Shown: in pieces, positions 1 to 9,347 of the stretch
Numbering within the stretch: position 1 is the first letter of the stretch
How the letters are laid out: each line of letters starts with the position of its first letter
Assembly: GCA_016928435.1 (NCBI GenBank)
Contig: JAFGKT010000060.1
Coordinates: 20,870 to 84,869 of the forward strand
DNA: 64,000 bases
Reading direction: 5' to 3'
From: Sedimentisphaerales bacterium
GTDB lineage: Bacteria > Planctomycetota > Phycisphaerae > Sedimentisphaerales > SM23-30
Notes under the pieces: generated by a model
Told to the model about the DNA's origin: nothing
Database searches by the model: none
Seen by the model: only the letters and a program-made list of their open reading frames with translations
Made by a program: the position numbers and the translations under genes

Positions 1-275
1 GGACCCCCGGAGCTGTGCATGAGTCGCCTCACGATGAGATTTATATTGTTTTGTCAGGCAGCGCTGTCTTACACATGGATGGGGTGGACTACGATATCGA
101 GAAAGGCAGTGTTGTTTTTATTCCCGGGGGTACATTCCACTCACTCAAGAACAAGAGCGAGACGGAAGACTTTGAGATTATAACCGTTTGGCCCGGCCAA
201 CCGAAGCCCGGCGCCAACGAAGTGTATGATATGCGTAAAGAGCAATGGGGTACAACTTACCGAGAGATCGAGTAG
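1..275 (+). CDS. cupin domain protein, 5' end cut by window edge
   Basis: The frame stays open to position 1, so the GTG at 15 is probably internal. Cupin motifs 'HESPHDEIYIVLSG' and 'GGTFHSLKN'. Stop lies 5 nt before the next gene. Confidence 0.7.
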   Translation, partial: TPGAVHESPHDEIYIVLSGSAVLHMDGVDYDIEKGSVVFIPGGTFHSLKNKSETEDFEIITVWPGQPKPGANEVYDMRKEQWGTTYREIE

Positions 276-279
276 TAGA

Positions 280-1086
280 ATGAATCAAAAGAATGCCCAA
301 TACAATCTTAAGGACAAGATTGCCATTGTCACCGGTTCGGCAGGTGGTATCGGCAAAGCGATTGCAGCGAACTTGGCCGCGAATGGCGCTGCCGTGGTCA
401 TCAGTGATGTGCAAGTTGAAAAAGGGCAAAAAACCGCGCAAGAACTCGGGGGCAATGCGATATTCGTTCCTTGCGATGTGAGCGATTGCGAACAAGTCTG
501 GTCGCTGGTGAGTACGACGGTGGATCGTCTGGGGCGTCTGGATGTGATGGTGAACAATGCCGGGATCAATTCGAGCCGTCCCGAAGACCGCGTTACCTTT
601 GATAGATATCCCGATGAAACCTGGCGCAAGATGATTGATGTGGACCTGAACGGAACGTTCTACTGCTGTAAGGCGGCGGCCCAGGTTATGCTCGAACAGA
701 AATCGGGAAGTATTATCAATATTTCATCGGTGGCCGGAGTTGTCGCTCTTAGATTGCAGATCGGTTTCGTAGCTGCCAAGGCCGCCATCCTAAAGATAAC
801 CGAAGCGATGGCCTGCGAACTGGGGCCCAAGGGACTGCGGATCAATGCTGTTTCGCCTGGTTCAACACTGACCGAAGGCACGCGAAAATTATTCTACGGT
901 GAGTCCGGCTCATTCCAGGAGCAGGCCGAGCGCGTCGTTTCGTTTATTCCTCAAGGTCGTCCCGGCGAGGCAGAGGAAATCGCCGACGCGGTGACGTTTT
1001 TGGCTTCGGATGCGGCATCATATATCAATGGTCACAACATCGTTGTGGACGGCGGTTGGACCTGCGGCTTCAATCGTGATTTTTGA
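280..1086 (+). CDS. SDR-family oxidoreductase, atypical (catalytic Tyr position is Phe)
   Basis: ATG at 280 right after the cupin stop, 268 aa. Rossmann 'IVTGSAGGIGKA', 'NNAG', Ser in 'ISSVAG'. The YxxxK position reads 'GFVAAK'. Confidence 0.85.
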   Translation: MNQKNAQYNLKDKIAIVTGSAGGIGKAIAANLAANGAAVVISDVQVEKGQKTAQELGGNAIFVPCDVSDCEQVWSLVSTTVDRLGRLDVMVNNAGINSSRPEDRVTFDRYPDETWRKMIDVDLNGTFYCCKAAAQVMLEQKSGSIINISSVAGVVALRLQIGFVAAKAAILKITEAMACELGPKGLRINAVSPGSTLTEGTRKLFYGESGSFQEQAERVVSFIPQGRPGEAEEIADAVTFLASDAASYINGHNIVVDGGWTCGFNRDF

Positions 1087-1093
1087 GTAGCCT

Positions 1094-2359
1094 ATGTTGC
1101 ATAAATTCCCTTATCCTGAATTTACGCCGCTGGAAATACCTGATAACAATATTTCGGGCGTATATGAGTTAAGCGAATATTGTCCTCGCGCGACAGATAA
1201 GGAGTTGGTGCTTGATGCACTGGCTGATCCTATTGGATGCGGGCGGCTTGCTGATGAAGTTTCCGCCGGGATGAAGATTGTTATCGCGGTAGATGATAGC
1301 AGTCGCACTACACGCACCGACCTTATGCTGCCTTTGGTGCTCGATGAACTTCTACGCGCGGGGGTAAGCCGAGAAAATGTGACGGTGTTTATCGCCTTAG
1401 GAACGCATCGGCAAATGTCTGTCGAGGAGATGGCTGAGAAGTACACTAACGCCGTTGTGGAGAATTATCGGATTATCAATCCGGATTGGCATGAAAAGAC
1501 GGCATATGTCAAGGTTGGGCAATCGTCGCTAAACTTCGATATCCGGATACACCGCGAGATTATGGAAGCAGACTATGTGATCGGCGTGGGTCAGACGATA
1601 CCGCATATGATCGCTGGTTTCGGCGGTGGAGGTAAGATCATCAATCCCGGCTGCGCTGATGGAGATACGATCGGCCATATGCATTGGCTCTGCAACCAGG
1701 TGCCGGAGGACAAGCTCTTCGCCGTGCGCGATAACGCGGTGCGGCAGATCATCGACGAGGTTGCCTTGAAAGCGGGCTTACGTTTCATTATCAATGAGGT
1801 GCCCGGTTCGAATCATCGCATAGCAGCGGTTTTTGCGGGGGATCCGGTCGCGGCTCATCGGCGTGCGTGTTTGGCTGCCAAGGATATCTGTACGGTGCAG
1901 ATTGATGCGCCGGCTGATATTGTTATTGCGGATTCATATGGCGCCGACATTGACTTCTGGCAGGCGCTTAAGGGGCTCAACGCAGCATATGGTGCAGTGA
2001 AGAAGGGCGGCACCGTGATCCTTGTTACGCTGTGCCCGGAAGGTACGAGTTCTCAGCATGGTGAATTGACAACGTTGGGCTACATACCCGTTGAAGACAC
2101 GAAAAGAATGGTTGAGACCGACCAGCTTGATAGGGCGGTAGCAGCCAACCTGCTGCTGGGAAGACGTCTCTTGGACAAAGCGGAGGCCTACTTGGTGACG
2201 CTTGGCATTGACGAGAAGGACACCAGAGCGATGGGATTTAACTGGGCTCCCACTCCTGACGCAGCGCTGCAGGCCGCGATTGGTAAGCATGGTCGGGACG
2301 CGACGATTAATGTTTTATACAAGGCATCGAAGATGATCTGCTCAGTCAAGGAGGCATAG
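1094..2359 (+). CDS. LarA-like (DUF2088) nickel-pincer-cofactor-dependent racemase/epimerase family protein
   Basis: 421 aa. 'DDSSRTTR', 'ALGTHR' and 'GFGGGGKIINPG' (Lys at the cofactor-tether position) match LarA family landmarks. Confidence 0.75.
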   Translation: MLHKFPYPEFTPLEIPDNNISGVYELSEYCPRATDKELVLDALADPIGCGRLADEVSAGMKIVIAVDDSSRTTRTDLMLPLVLDELLRAGVSRENVTVFIALGTHRQMSVEEMAEKYTNAVVENYRIINPDWHEKTAYVKVGQSSLNFDIRIHREIMEADYVIGVGQTIPHMIAGFGGGGKIINPGCADGDTIGHMHWLCNQVPEDKLFAVRDNAVRQIIDEVALKAGLRFIINEVPGSNHRIAAVFAGDPVAAHRRACLAAKDICTVQIDAPADIVIADSYGADIDFWQALKGLNAAYGAVKKGGTVILVTLCPEGTSSQHGELTTLGYIPVEDTKRMVETDQLDRAVAANLLLGRRLLDKAEAYLVTLGIDEKDTRAMGFNWAPTPDAALQAAIGKHGRDATINVLYKASKMICSVKEA

Positions 2360-2361
2360 AG

Positions 2362-3129
2362 GTGCTGGAAAAGCTTGATTTGAAGGATATTACCAATGAG
2401 TCCGCGAGCAAGGGCAAAGTTCTCGTTTACTGGTTGGGCGGTGCGGGTCATATACTGAAATTCGATGATGGCTTCACGATTTGTGTTGATCCTTATCTGA
2501 GCGATTACGTAGAGAGGCTGGTTGGATTCAAGCGGTTATTTCGCCCTGTTATCGAACCCAGCCAACTTCACTTCGACACTTTGTTAATTAGCCATTCGCA
2601 TGGGGACCATCTTGATGCGGATAGTTTCTCGGAATTGGTAAAAGCCAATCTCAACTGCAAGATTTTCGCCGCTGAGGATTGCGTGGAGTTTCTCGAAAAG
2701 CAGCAAGCTGTATATACCATTGTCACAGTGGGAACGACTTTTGCCGATGGTAATGTGACTATCGAGGTTGTGCCTGCCGACCATGGCGATTTGAGTCCTG
2801 AAGCGGTGGGATTCTTACTGAGCTTTGGCGCACGTAGCATCTATCTGACTGGTGATACCTGTTATAACAAGGACATGCTCAGCACGATTATCGAGCGCAA
2901 ACCCGACATTGCCATACTGTGTATCAACGGAGCCTTTGGGAATATGACCTCCGATGAAGCTGCCGACCTCGTAGCTGCCTGTGAGTCTAAGGTCGCCATA
3001 CCCACGCATTACGGCCTCTTTGCCGAGCACGGTAATGCCGACCCGATGCCATTTAGAGAAAGTGTTAGGGAGAAATCACCTGAGACAAGAATCTGCCTGC
3101 TCGAACCTGGATTTGGTGTCGAGGTCTAA
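2362..3129 (+). CDS. MBL-fold metallo-hydrolase (UlaG-like)
   Basis: 'HSHGDHLD' metal-binding motif. GTG start 3 nt after the preceding stop. Last gene of a 4-gene tightly packed operon. Confidence 0.75.
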   Translation: MLEKLDLKDITNESASKGKVLVYWLGGAGHILKFDDGFTICVDPYLSDYVERLVGFKRLFRPVIEPSQLHFDTLLISHSHGDHLDADSFSELVKANLNCKIFAAEDCVEFLEKQQAVYTIVTVGTTFADGNVTIEVVPADHGDLSPEAVGFLLSFGARSIYLTGDTCYNKDMLSTIIERKPDIAILCINGAFGNMTSDEAADLVAACESKVAIPTHYGLFAEHGNADPMPFRESVREKSPETRICLLEPGFGVEV

Positions 3130-3264
3130 GAGATACACAGCTAGTTTGGTGCTGAAATGGTGAGCCAATTCCTGTTGCCGAAAGCTGGAATACGTGAAAC
3201 TTCGCAAAAGCTAGTGCCGGTGGCATGGACATCCTCAGCCTAGCTATTCCAAAACCAACCCAGG

Positions 3265-6200
3265 TCACGGTGCGATCCGGCGGAAGATATCCAGTATGTC
3301 TTCCAGATTCACTTCATTTCCGTTCAGCACCACTTCACGCAGAAAATCAATCGTGCCTTCCGAAATATCACGCAGTATCTCTTTGCTGATCCGAACTCCG
3401 GAACTATCGTCGTAAGGCCCCGTAACGTGCAGACGAGTCAATTTGTGCAGCAAATTCCGCGTTATGTTCAGTATCTCGAATTGGCCGAACACCGTATCGA
3501 TCTCCTCCACCAACCCAGCCACCACATACGCGTCAAGCTCACGTGTTTCCAGGTCCACTTGGCTGCCCGGCTCAATCATAATTACCATGATTGAACCCGC
3601 CATATTCACCTTGTCAAAAATTACCACCGGCCCTTCGGTATAGAACATCCCGTCAACATCAAATTCCCCCGCCTGTAAAGGTATCACTTGCATGTAAACC
3701 AGTATAGCCTCAAACGCTCCCCGAGGTCTGAATCTGCCATCCACAATCGTTACCGTCCCTTGCCCATGGGCGTTCTCTAATTCCGTGCCTCGCCCCGAAA
3801 AAACATACTCCGCCTGAAGTTGCCCATAATCCGTTTCACCTTCCTGTCCCAGAGCCCGGGACACCTGCTCCAATTCAACATCCACAATCGCCAACTCTCC
3901 CCTGTAATTCATTTCCCCTCCCACCGGCGCGCTCACTCTACCCAAACCTCTAACTTGCCCCGTCCCTATCGAACCCCGTATATTGTCTATGTCACAACTG
4001 CGCCCATTCAGCACCAAGTTAAGCCCCAACTGCTCCACCAACTCGCCGCCGGCGCCATTAACCATCCAATCCAAACCTTCACCCGTACCATACACCATCA
4101 AACGATCCCGATCGCCCAAGGGCCCCACAAACCTCAAATTCGCCTGATAACCCCCGCCTACTTCGGTCACCTTCTCATGTTCCAATTCCATCCGCACATC
4201 GCCCGCCGCCGTCACCCATAACTCTTCGTCGATCACCCCGCTAAGCGTAATATTGCTGCTCAGAGTTCCTCGCCGAACCATCTCTCCCTTGTCAGCCATC
4301 GCTAACGTGCTCGGCAAATCCAATCCCGTAAAACGCAACTGCCCCTCCACGTTGCTTGGCCCATCACTTCCCAGGCTAATCGTCGCCCCCGCGAATAACT
4401 CACCTTCCGCCGTCGTTGCCCTTAACTGCGTAAGCGTCACAACCCTGTCCGTAAAATTCGCGTCCAGCGTTATGTCACGCAGCACCTCGCCTCTAGGCCC
4501 AGCAAGCGTCCAGCCCATCATTCGAACTGTGCCATTAATAACTCGCGTCTCCGGCTCATCAATATGGTCAACTGTCAAATCTACTGCCAGCAACCCAGCA
4601 TCGGTCGCTGCCTCGCCAACCCCCGCGGCAGCGTTGCCCGTCGCCGTCAAATGCAGCGACTGCTGATCCCGCAACTCCATGTTCACCTGCAAATCCGCCA
4701 CACTACCGGTCAAACCCAATCCCGGTTTGTAGTACTCCGCCAAGGCCGCCAAATCAAACTGCCCCAACTGTGCCCGTGCCTCGATAATCCCTTCTTCACC
4801 GTACAATACTTCACCCGTCGCTTCCATAGTCCCCCAAGCCATCTCCGCCGAAGCGTTTGCCACCTCTATACGTCCAGGCTCTAAACCAAACTGAGCCGTC
4901 ATCTGCTCTGCCAGCGTCTTCTCTCCCTGTGCTGCGCGCCAATCCGATAAACCCACCGTCCCATTTAACCTCATTGCCGTGTCTTCCGTCGCGAAGGTCA
5001 ACGCTAAGTCGTGGTCGAACCCGCCTGCCGCTTCGTAAATGTCCGGCCCTCTTGTGACCGCCGCCAATTCACCAGCGCCTTGCAGCGTCATGCCGTCAGC
5101 ATTACCCCTTACCACCACCTGCGTCGATACCACCGCTGAAGCGATTTTCCCATCTTCCCCAAACGCCGTCGCCACCGCTGAAGCAATCTCGCTGTCTTGC
5201 CCCAATGACCTCACCACCTCCGAAGCGTCCACTCCTTCGATGTTCAACGTCGCTTCATACTCGCCCACTCCTTCTGCACTCCAAGTTACCTCCCCGAACC
5301 CTGTCACCCAACCTCCCCCTGTATGTGCCCGCAAGTCCTGTATCGCTGCCGTGTGTCCCGCCACTACAAACCGCCCCGATATCTCATTCGCCACCACGGC
5401 GTCGCTCGTCTCTGCCCGTCCTTGTTCAACCGTCACCTCACCATTGACTGTTGTTTCCTCCGGCATCTCAGCCTGCCGTACCACGACATCAAAATTCGCT
5501 CGCCCACTTCCCCTGGCGATTTCACCCCATTGGCCCTCGGCTGTCCCCGCCAGCCATCCTGCCGCGTGTATCTCCTGCGCTGAGTACCCATCCGCTGTCA
5601 CGTCCATCTCCACCGATCCCATCGGCAAATCTTCACCCAACCAATCCGCCGCCTCCCCCAAATCAACCGCGCTATCCGTCCTTATATGAACCGAGTATCG
5701 CATCGGCTCGTCCTCGCTCGGCAAAACCACTTCCCCGTCACCGCTCAACCCTGCTTGCCCCAATTGTCCCTGCATATCGCTTATTGTGCAGTGCCGTCCC
5801 GCAAACTGCACCACCAGCCGTGTCAATTCCGCTTGCCATTCTTGCCCTTCCTTATTGGCCAAGCGCCAATCCCTCAGCGTTAAATCTCCCTGTGCCTCCA
5901 ACCCTTGCCGTTCCAACAAGTTCCCCGTCACCGTAATGTCAAACTCGCTGCTCCCCGTAGCTTGCCGTAACTGCCCTAATTGCCCCTCTTCCACTACCGC
6001 CTCCAACGAAGCGCTGCCCGAGACCCGCACCTCATTAAAACCTCGTCCTTGCACATGCAGTTCCGCCTGCCCCAATCCGCTGCTAAGTCCGGGGCCATTA
6101 ACCAAATCTGCCGCCGCCGCCAACGGTATCTCCGTCGCGTTCAAATCCAAATCATATTCCAATTCCCTACCCCAAGGCAACGTTGCGCGCGCCTGGCCAC

Positions 6201-7113
6201 TAATCGAACCGCCAGGTGTTCGCGCCGTCATCGTATTCAACTGCACCGAATCCCCCAAAAATTCCGCCCGTACCTCCAACCCCTCGCACAACAATCGCTC
6301 ACCCGCCCGCACCGATCCATCTTCCACCGCCACTTCCCCACGCAAGTCCAGCGTTTCCATCCCTGCCGAGTCAATCGCGATCGCCAAGTCCAAATTCAAT
6401 CTTCCTTCAGTTGCCCCTTCAAACCCCGCCAACGCCGCCAACAAAAACGCCGATTCTCCCGCTTTCACCTCATGTGCCATTCGCACCGTGCCTTCAAAGC
6501 TGCCTTCCTCTCCCACATTGCCCCTAAGTGTCAACCCTTCGCCCGCCAACGGTGCCAAAGCAACCTCATATCCGCTCCCCGCCCGCGTTACCTTCAACTC
6601 CAAATCCGCCAAATCCGTCTGCTCACCTTCGCCATAGTATACACTCGTTTCTATCAGCCTCACAGTCACATGGTCCAGGTCAACATACTGACTCATATCC
6701 AACTCCGTCTCGGGCGCCGGCTTCAACGGCCATTCCAAACGATCCGCCCCAAAACGCGGACTCACTGTCACCCGATTCACATCCACCGCGCGCAGTACCG
6801 GCGCCAATCCCGGCCAATCCGCCAGCGTCAACTCCACCCCTTCCACCTCCAACCACATCTGTCCGTCCGGACCATATAAACACAATCTGCCCAAAACCAT
6901 CGGCCCCCAATAGTTGAACCGGACCCCTTCGATCTCCGCTTGCCCGTCCCAACGCTCGTGTATCGCCTTCACCGCTGCCCAGCGAATCACCCCCGGCGCA
7001 ACCCAAAACTTGATCACCGCCAGAAGCGCCACCAACAGAATAATCAAAACCAAGGCCGACTTCAGCAGTTTACGTTTCCAACTACGCTTGGGCTTATGCT
7101 TTTCTTCTGCCAC
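3265..7113 (-). CDS. large N-terminally anchored beta-rich envelope protein, AsmA/TamB-like (tentative)
   Basis: 1282-aa ORF. Lys-rich N-terminus followed by one TM helix ('LVLIILLVALLAVIKFWV'). Six spaced ~55-aa repeat blocks. AsmA-like C-terminal segment. Many plus-strand shadow ORFs, consistent with strong codon bias. Confidence 0.55.
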   Translation of the reverse strand: MAEEKHKPKRSWKRKLLKSALVLIILLVALLAVIKFWVAPGVIRWAAVKAIHERWDGQAEIEGVRFNYWGPMVLGRLCLYGPDGQMWLEVEGVELTLADWPGLAPVLRAVDVNRVTVSPRFGADRLEWPLKPAPETELDMSQYVDLDHVTVRLIETSVYYGEGEQTDLADLELKVTRAGSGYEVALAPLAGEGLTLRGNVGEEGSFEGTVRMAHEVKAGESAFLLAALAGFEGATEGRLNLDLAIAIDSAGMETLDLRGEVAVEDGSVRAGERLLCEGLEVRAEFLGDSVQLNTMTARTPGGSISGQARATLPWGRELEYDLDLNATEIPLAAAADLVNGPGLSSGLGQAELHVQGRGFNEVRVSGSASLEAVVEEGQLGQLRQATGSSEFDITVTGNLLERQGLEAQGDLTLRDWRLANKEGQEWQAELTRLVVQFAGRHCTISDMQGQLGQAGLSGDGEVVLPSEDEPMRYSVHIRTDSAVDLGEAADWLGEDLPMGSVEMDVTADGYSAQEIHAAGWLAGTAEGQWGEIARGSGRANFDVVVRQAEMPEETTVNGEVTVEQGRAETSDAVVANEISGRFVVAGHTAAIQDLRAHTGGGWVTGFGEVTWSAEGVGEYEATLNIEGVDASEVVRSLGQDSEIASAVATAFGEDGKIASAVVSTQVVVRGNADGMTLQGAGELAAVTRGPDIYEAAGGFDHDLALTFATEDTAMRLNGTVGLSDWRAAQGEKTLAEQMTAQFGLEPGRIEVANASAEMAWGTMEATGEVLYGEEGIIEARAQLGQFDLAALAEYYKPGLGLTGSVADLQVNMELRDQQSLHLTATGNAAAGVGEAATDAGLLAVDLTVDHIDEPETRVINGTVRMMGWTLAGPRGEVLRDITLDANFTDRVVTLTQLRATTAEGELFAGATISLGSDGPSNVEGQLRFTGLDLPSTLAMADKGEMVRRGTLSSNITLSGVIDEELWVTAAGDVRMELEHEKVTEVGGGYQANLRFVGPLGDRDRLMVYGTGEGLDWMVNGAGGELVEQLGLNLVLNGRSCDIDNIRGSIGTGQVRGLGRVSAPVGGEMNYRGELAIVDVELEQVSRALGQEGETDYGQLQAEYVFSGRGTELENAHGQGTVTIVDGRFRPRGAFEAILVYMQVIPLQAGEFDVDGMFYTEGPVVIFDKVNMAGSIMVIMIEPGSQVDLETRELDAYVVAGLVEEIDTVFGQFEILNITRNLLHKLTRLHVTGPYDDSSGVRISKEILRDISEGTIDFLREVVLNGNEVNLEDILDIFRRIAP

Positions 7114-7266
7114 AATAGTCTCCTTGAATCCCTCTATAAGCAGGTTCTCGCCGCCTCGGCCTCCCTATCTCATCGGCAGAACCCAACCATTAGCAAATAA
7201 CCCATCTATCGTATCAAGAATTGACCAATCACGTCAACACTGAATTCGCTGGTCTTGCCTAACTGG

Positions 7267-9189
7267 CTAGTTTTCCAGTGTTTCCAGCTGTTCCCATCGC
7301 TCATAAGCACTCTGCAATTGGGCCTCTACCTCTTTTAGCTGATTATTAATCGTTACGATCTCCGCCTTATTTTTGTAGAAGTCCGGCCCAGCCATAATCT
7401 CATGCAACTGTTTCTGCTGCTGCTCCAACTCCTCGATCATCCCAGGCAATGCCGCCAACTCTTTTTTCTCCTTGAACGTCAACCGCTTTGGTTTTTCTTC
7501 TGCGGCCTGTTGCTTGGCTTGCTTATACGCTTGCTTTTTTGCCTGTCGCGCGCTCGCCTGATCCTTCTGTTTCTCCGCATCCAACCCCATTTTGCTCTGC
7601 CTTAGCCAATCATCGTATCCTCCCACATATTCCGCTACAGTCCCTTTTCCTTCCAGCACCATCGTACTGGTCACAACATTATTAAGAAACTCGCGATCAT
7701 GGCTAACCATAAGCACCGTACCCGGATAATTCAACAGCAACTCTTCCAATAAGCTGAGTGTTTCAATATCCAAATCATTCGTCGGCTCATCCAGCACCAG
7801 CACATTTGAAGGCCGTGTGAACATTCGTGCCAAGATCAAACGATTGCGCTCGCCCCCGGATAAATTTTTCACCGGATTACGCGACTGCGCAGGCGTAAAC
7901 AAAAAATCCTGCAAATACCCCACAATATGGCGTTTTTTTCCGTTTATCATTACTGTGTCGCTGCCGTCAGCGATGTTTTCAGTAACAGTCTTTTCGTGGT
8001 CCAATTGCATGTGCAACTGGTCAAAGTACGCGATTTCCAGATTCGTACCATGCGTTACGCTGCCCTGGTCAGTTTCCAATTCTTTTAGCAGCACTCTCAG
8101 CAGAGTTGTTTTGCCTGAGCCGTTAGGGCCGATTATCCCAATCTTATCACCGCGCATAATCGTTGCTGAGAAGCCGGAAATAATGGGTTTTTCCGCCTCA
8201 TAGCTAAACGAAATATTTTTAGCTTCGATCACTTTTCTACCGGAATTCTGGGCCCCTTGTAATTCCATCCGCGCTATGCCCAATTCCTCCTTGCGTTGCG
8301 CTCTTTCGGCCCGCATCTGCTTCAGCGCCCGAACCCGTCCCTCATTGCGAGTCCGCCTGCCTTGAATACCTCTACGTATCCACACTTCCTCTTGAGCCAG
8401 TTTCTTGTCGAACACAGCGTTCTCAGCCGTCTCCGCCGCCAATGCCTCTTCCTTACGCTTTAAGTATGTATCATAGTCACAAGCGTAACTTGTCAACCGC
8501 CCTCGATCCAACTCTACTATGCGGGTGGTCAGCTTTTTCAAAAACGCTCGGTCATGGCTCACAAAAACCAACGTCTTGTCATAGTTCAGCAAAAAATCCT
8601 CTATCCATCGCACCGCGTCAATGTCCAAATGGTTCGTCGGCTCGTCCAATAGCAAAATGTCCGGCTTGCCGACAATCGCCCGCCCCAGCAACACCCGGCG
8701 CTTCATCCCCGCTGAAAGACTGGCAAACTCCGCGTCCGCGTCCAGCTTCATCCTTTCAATTATCATTTCAATATGACGGTTCATTTGCCAACCGTCATTG
8801 GCGTCCAACTTATGGCCTAGCTCGTCCAACTGCTTCAATAAAACATCATGGTCCGCCTCCGTCGCCATCCGATGGCTGACCAAATGATATTCCGCCAGCA
8901 AATCTCCCTTATCACCCAACCCATGACTAACCTGATCGAAAACCGTGCCCGGCAGCGCATCGGGGATATGCTGACTCAAACTCGCCACTCGCAAGCCCGC
9001 GCTTCGCGTCACTTCCCCATCTTCATGGACCAACTCCCCGGCTATCAGCTTCATGAGTGTCGATTTGCCCACCCCGTTTCGCCCCAGCAAACATATACGT
9101 TCTCCCACCTCTATCTGCAAATTCATATGCGACAGCAAAGGCGCACCCCCATAACCCACACTCGCATCCTGCATCCCTAGTAATGCCAT
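7267..9189 (-). CDS. uup: ABC-F family ATPase Uup
   Basis: Two ABC cassettes (Walker A 'GRNGVGKST' / 'GPNGSGKTT', signatures 'LSAGMKRR' / 'LSGGERNR'). Linker 'FDKKLAQEEVWIRRGIQGRRTRNEGRVRALK' and a C-terminal coiled coil, colinear with E. coli Uup. Confidence 0.85.
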   Translation of the reverse strand: MALLGMQDASVGYGGAPLLSHMNLQIEVGERICLLGRNGVGKSTLMKLIAGELVHEDGEVTRSAGLRVASLSQHIPDALPGTVFDQVSHGLGDKGDLLAEYHLVSHRMATEADHDVLLKQLDELGHKLDANDGWQMNRHIEMIIERMKLDADAEFASLSAGMKRRVLLGRAIVGKPDILLLDEPTNHLDIDAVRWIEDFLLNYDKTLVFVSHDRAFLKKLTTRIVELDRGRLTSYACDYDTYLKRKEEALAAETAENAVFDKKLAQEEVWIRRGIQGRRTRNEGRVRALKQMRAERAQRKEELGIARMELQGAQNSGRKVIEAKNISFSYEAEKPIISGFSATIMRGDKIGIIGPNGSGKTTLLRVLLKELETDQGSVTHGTNLEIAYFDQLHMQLDHEKTVTENIADGSDTVMINGKKRHIVGYLQDFLFTPAQSRNPVKNLSGGERNRLILARMFTRPSNVLVLDEPTNDLDIETLSLLEELLLNYPGTVLMVSHDREFLNNVVTSTMVLEGKGTVAEYVGGYDDWLRQSKMGLDAEKQKDQASARQAKKQAYKQAKQQAAEEKPKRLTFKEKKELAALPGMIEELEQQQKQLHEIMAGPDFYKNKAEIVTINNQLKEVEAQLQSAYERWEQLETLEN

Positions 9190-9347
9190 ATATATACCAA
9201 ATCCAATAAAAGCCTCTCAGCAATGATCATAAAAAAACGACAACAAGGCGCCTTATGCCCCAACAGCCTCTGCTGTGACATTAAGGTACCCTGTTGCCGT
9301 TCAAGATGCAACCTAGTTTTCGCCCCCGGAGCTTTTGACGCTACAGC

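Noticed and set aside
3443-7243. About fifteen plus-strand ORFs of 65-299 aa lie inside the 1282-aa minus-strand gene (for example 5786..6637 and 5980..6879).
   Set aside because: All are Pro/Ser/Arg-rich low-complexity translations antisense to a long, coherent, repeat-structured ORF. This is the typical shadow-ORF pattern of a codon-biased gene, and none has a start context.
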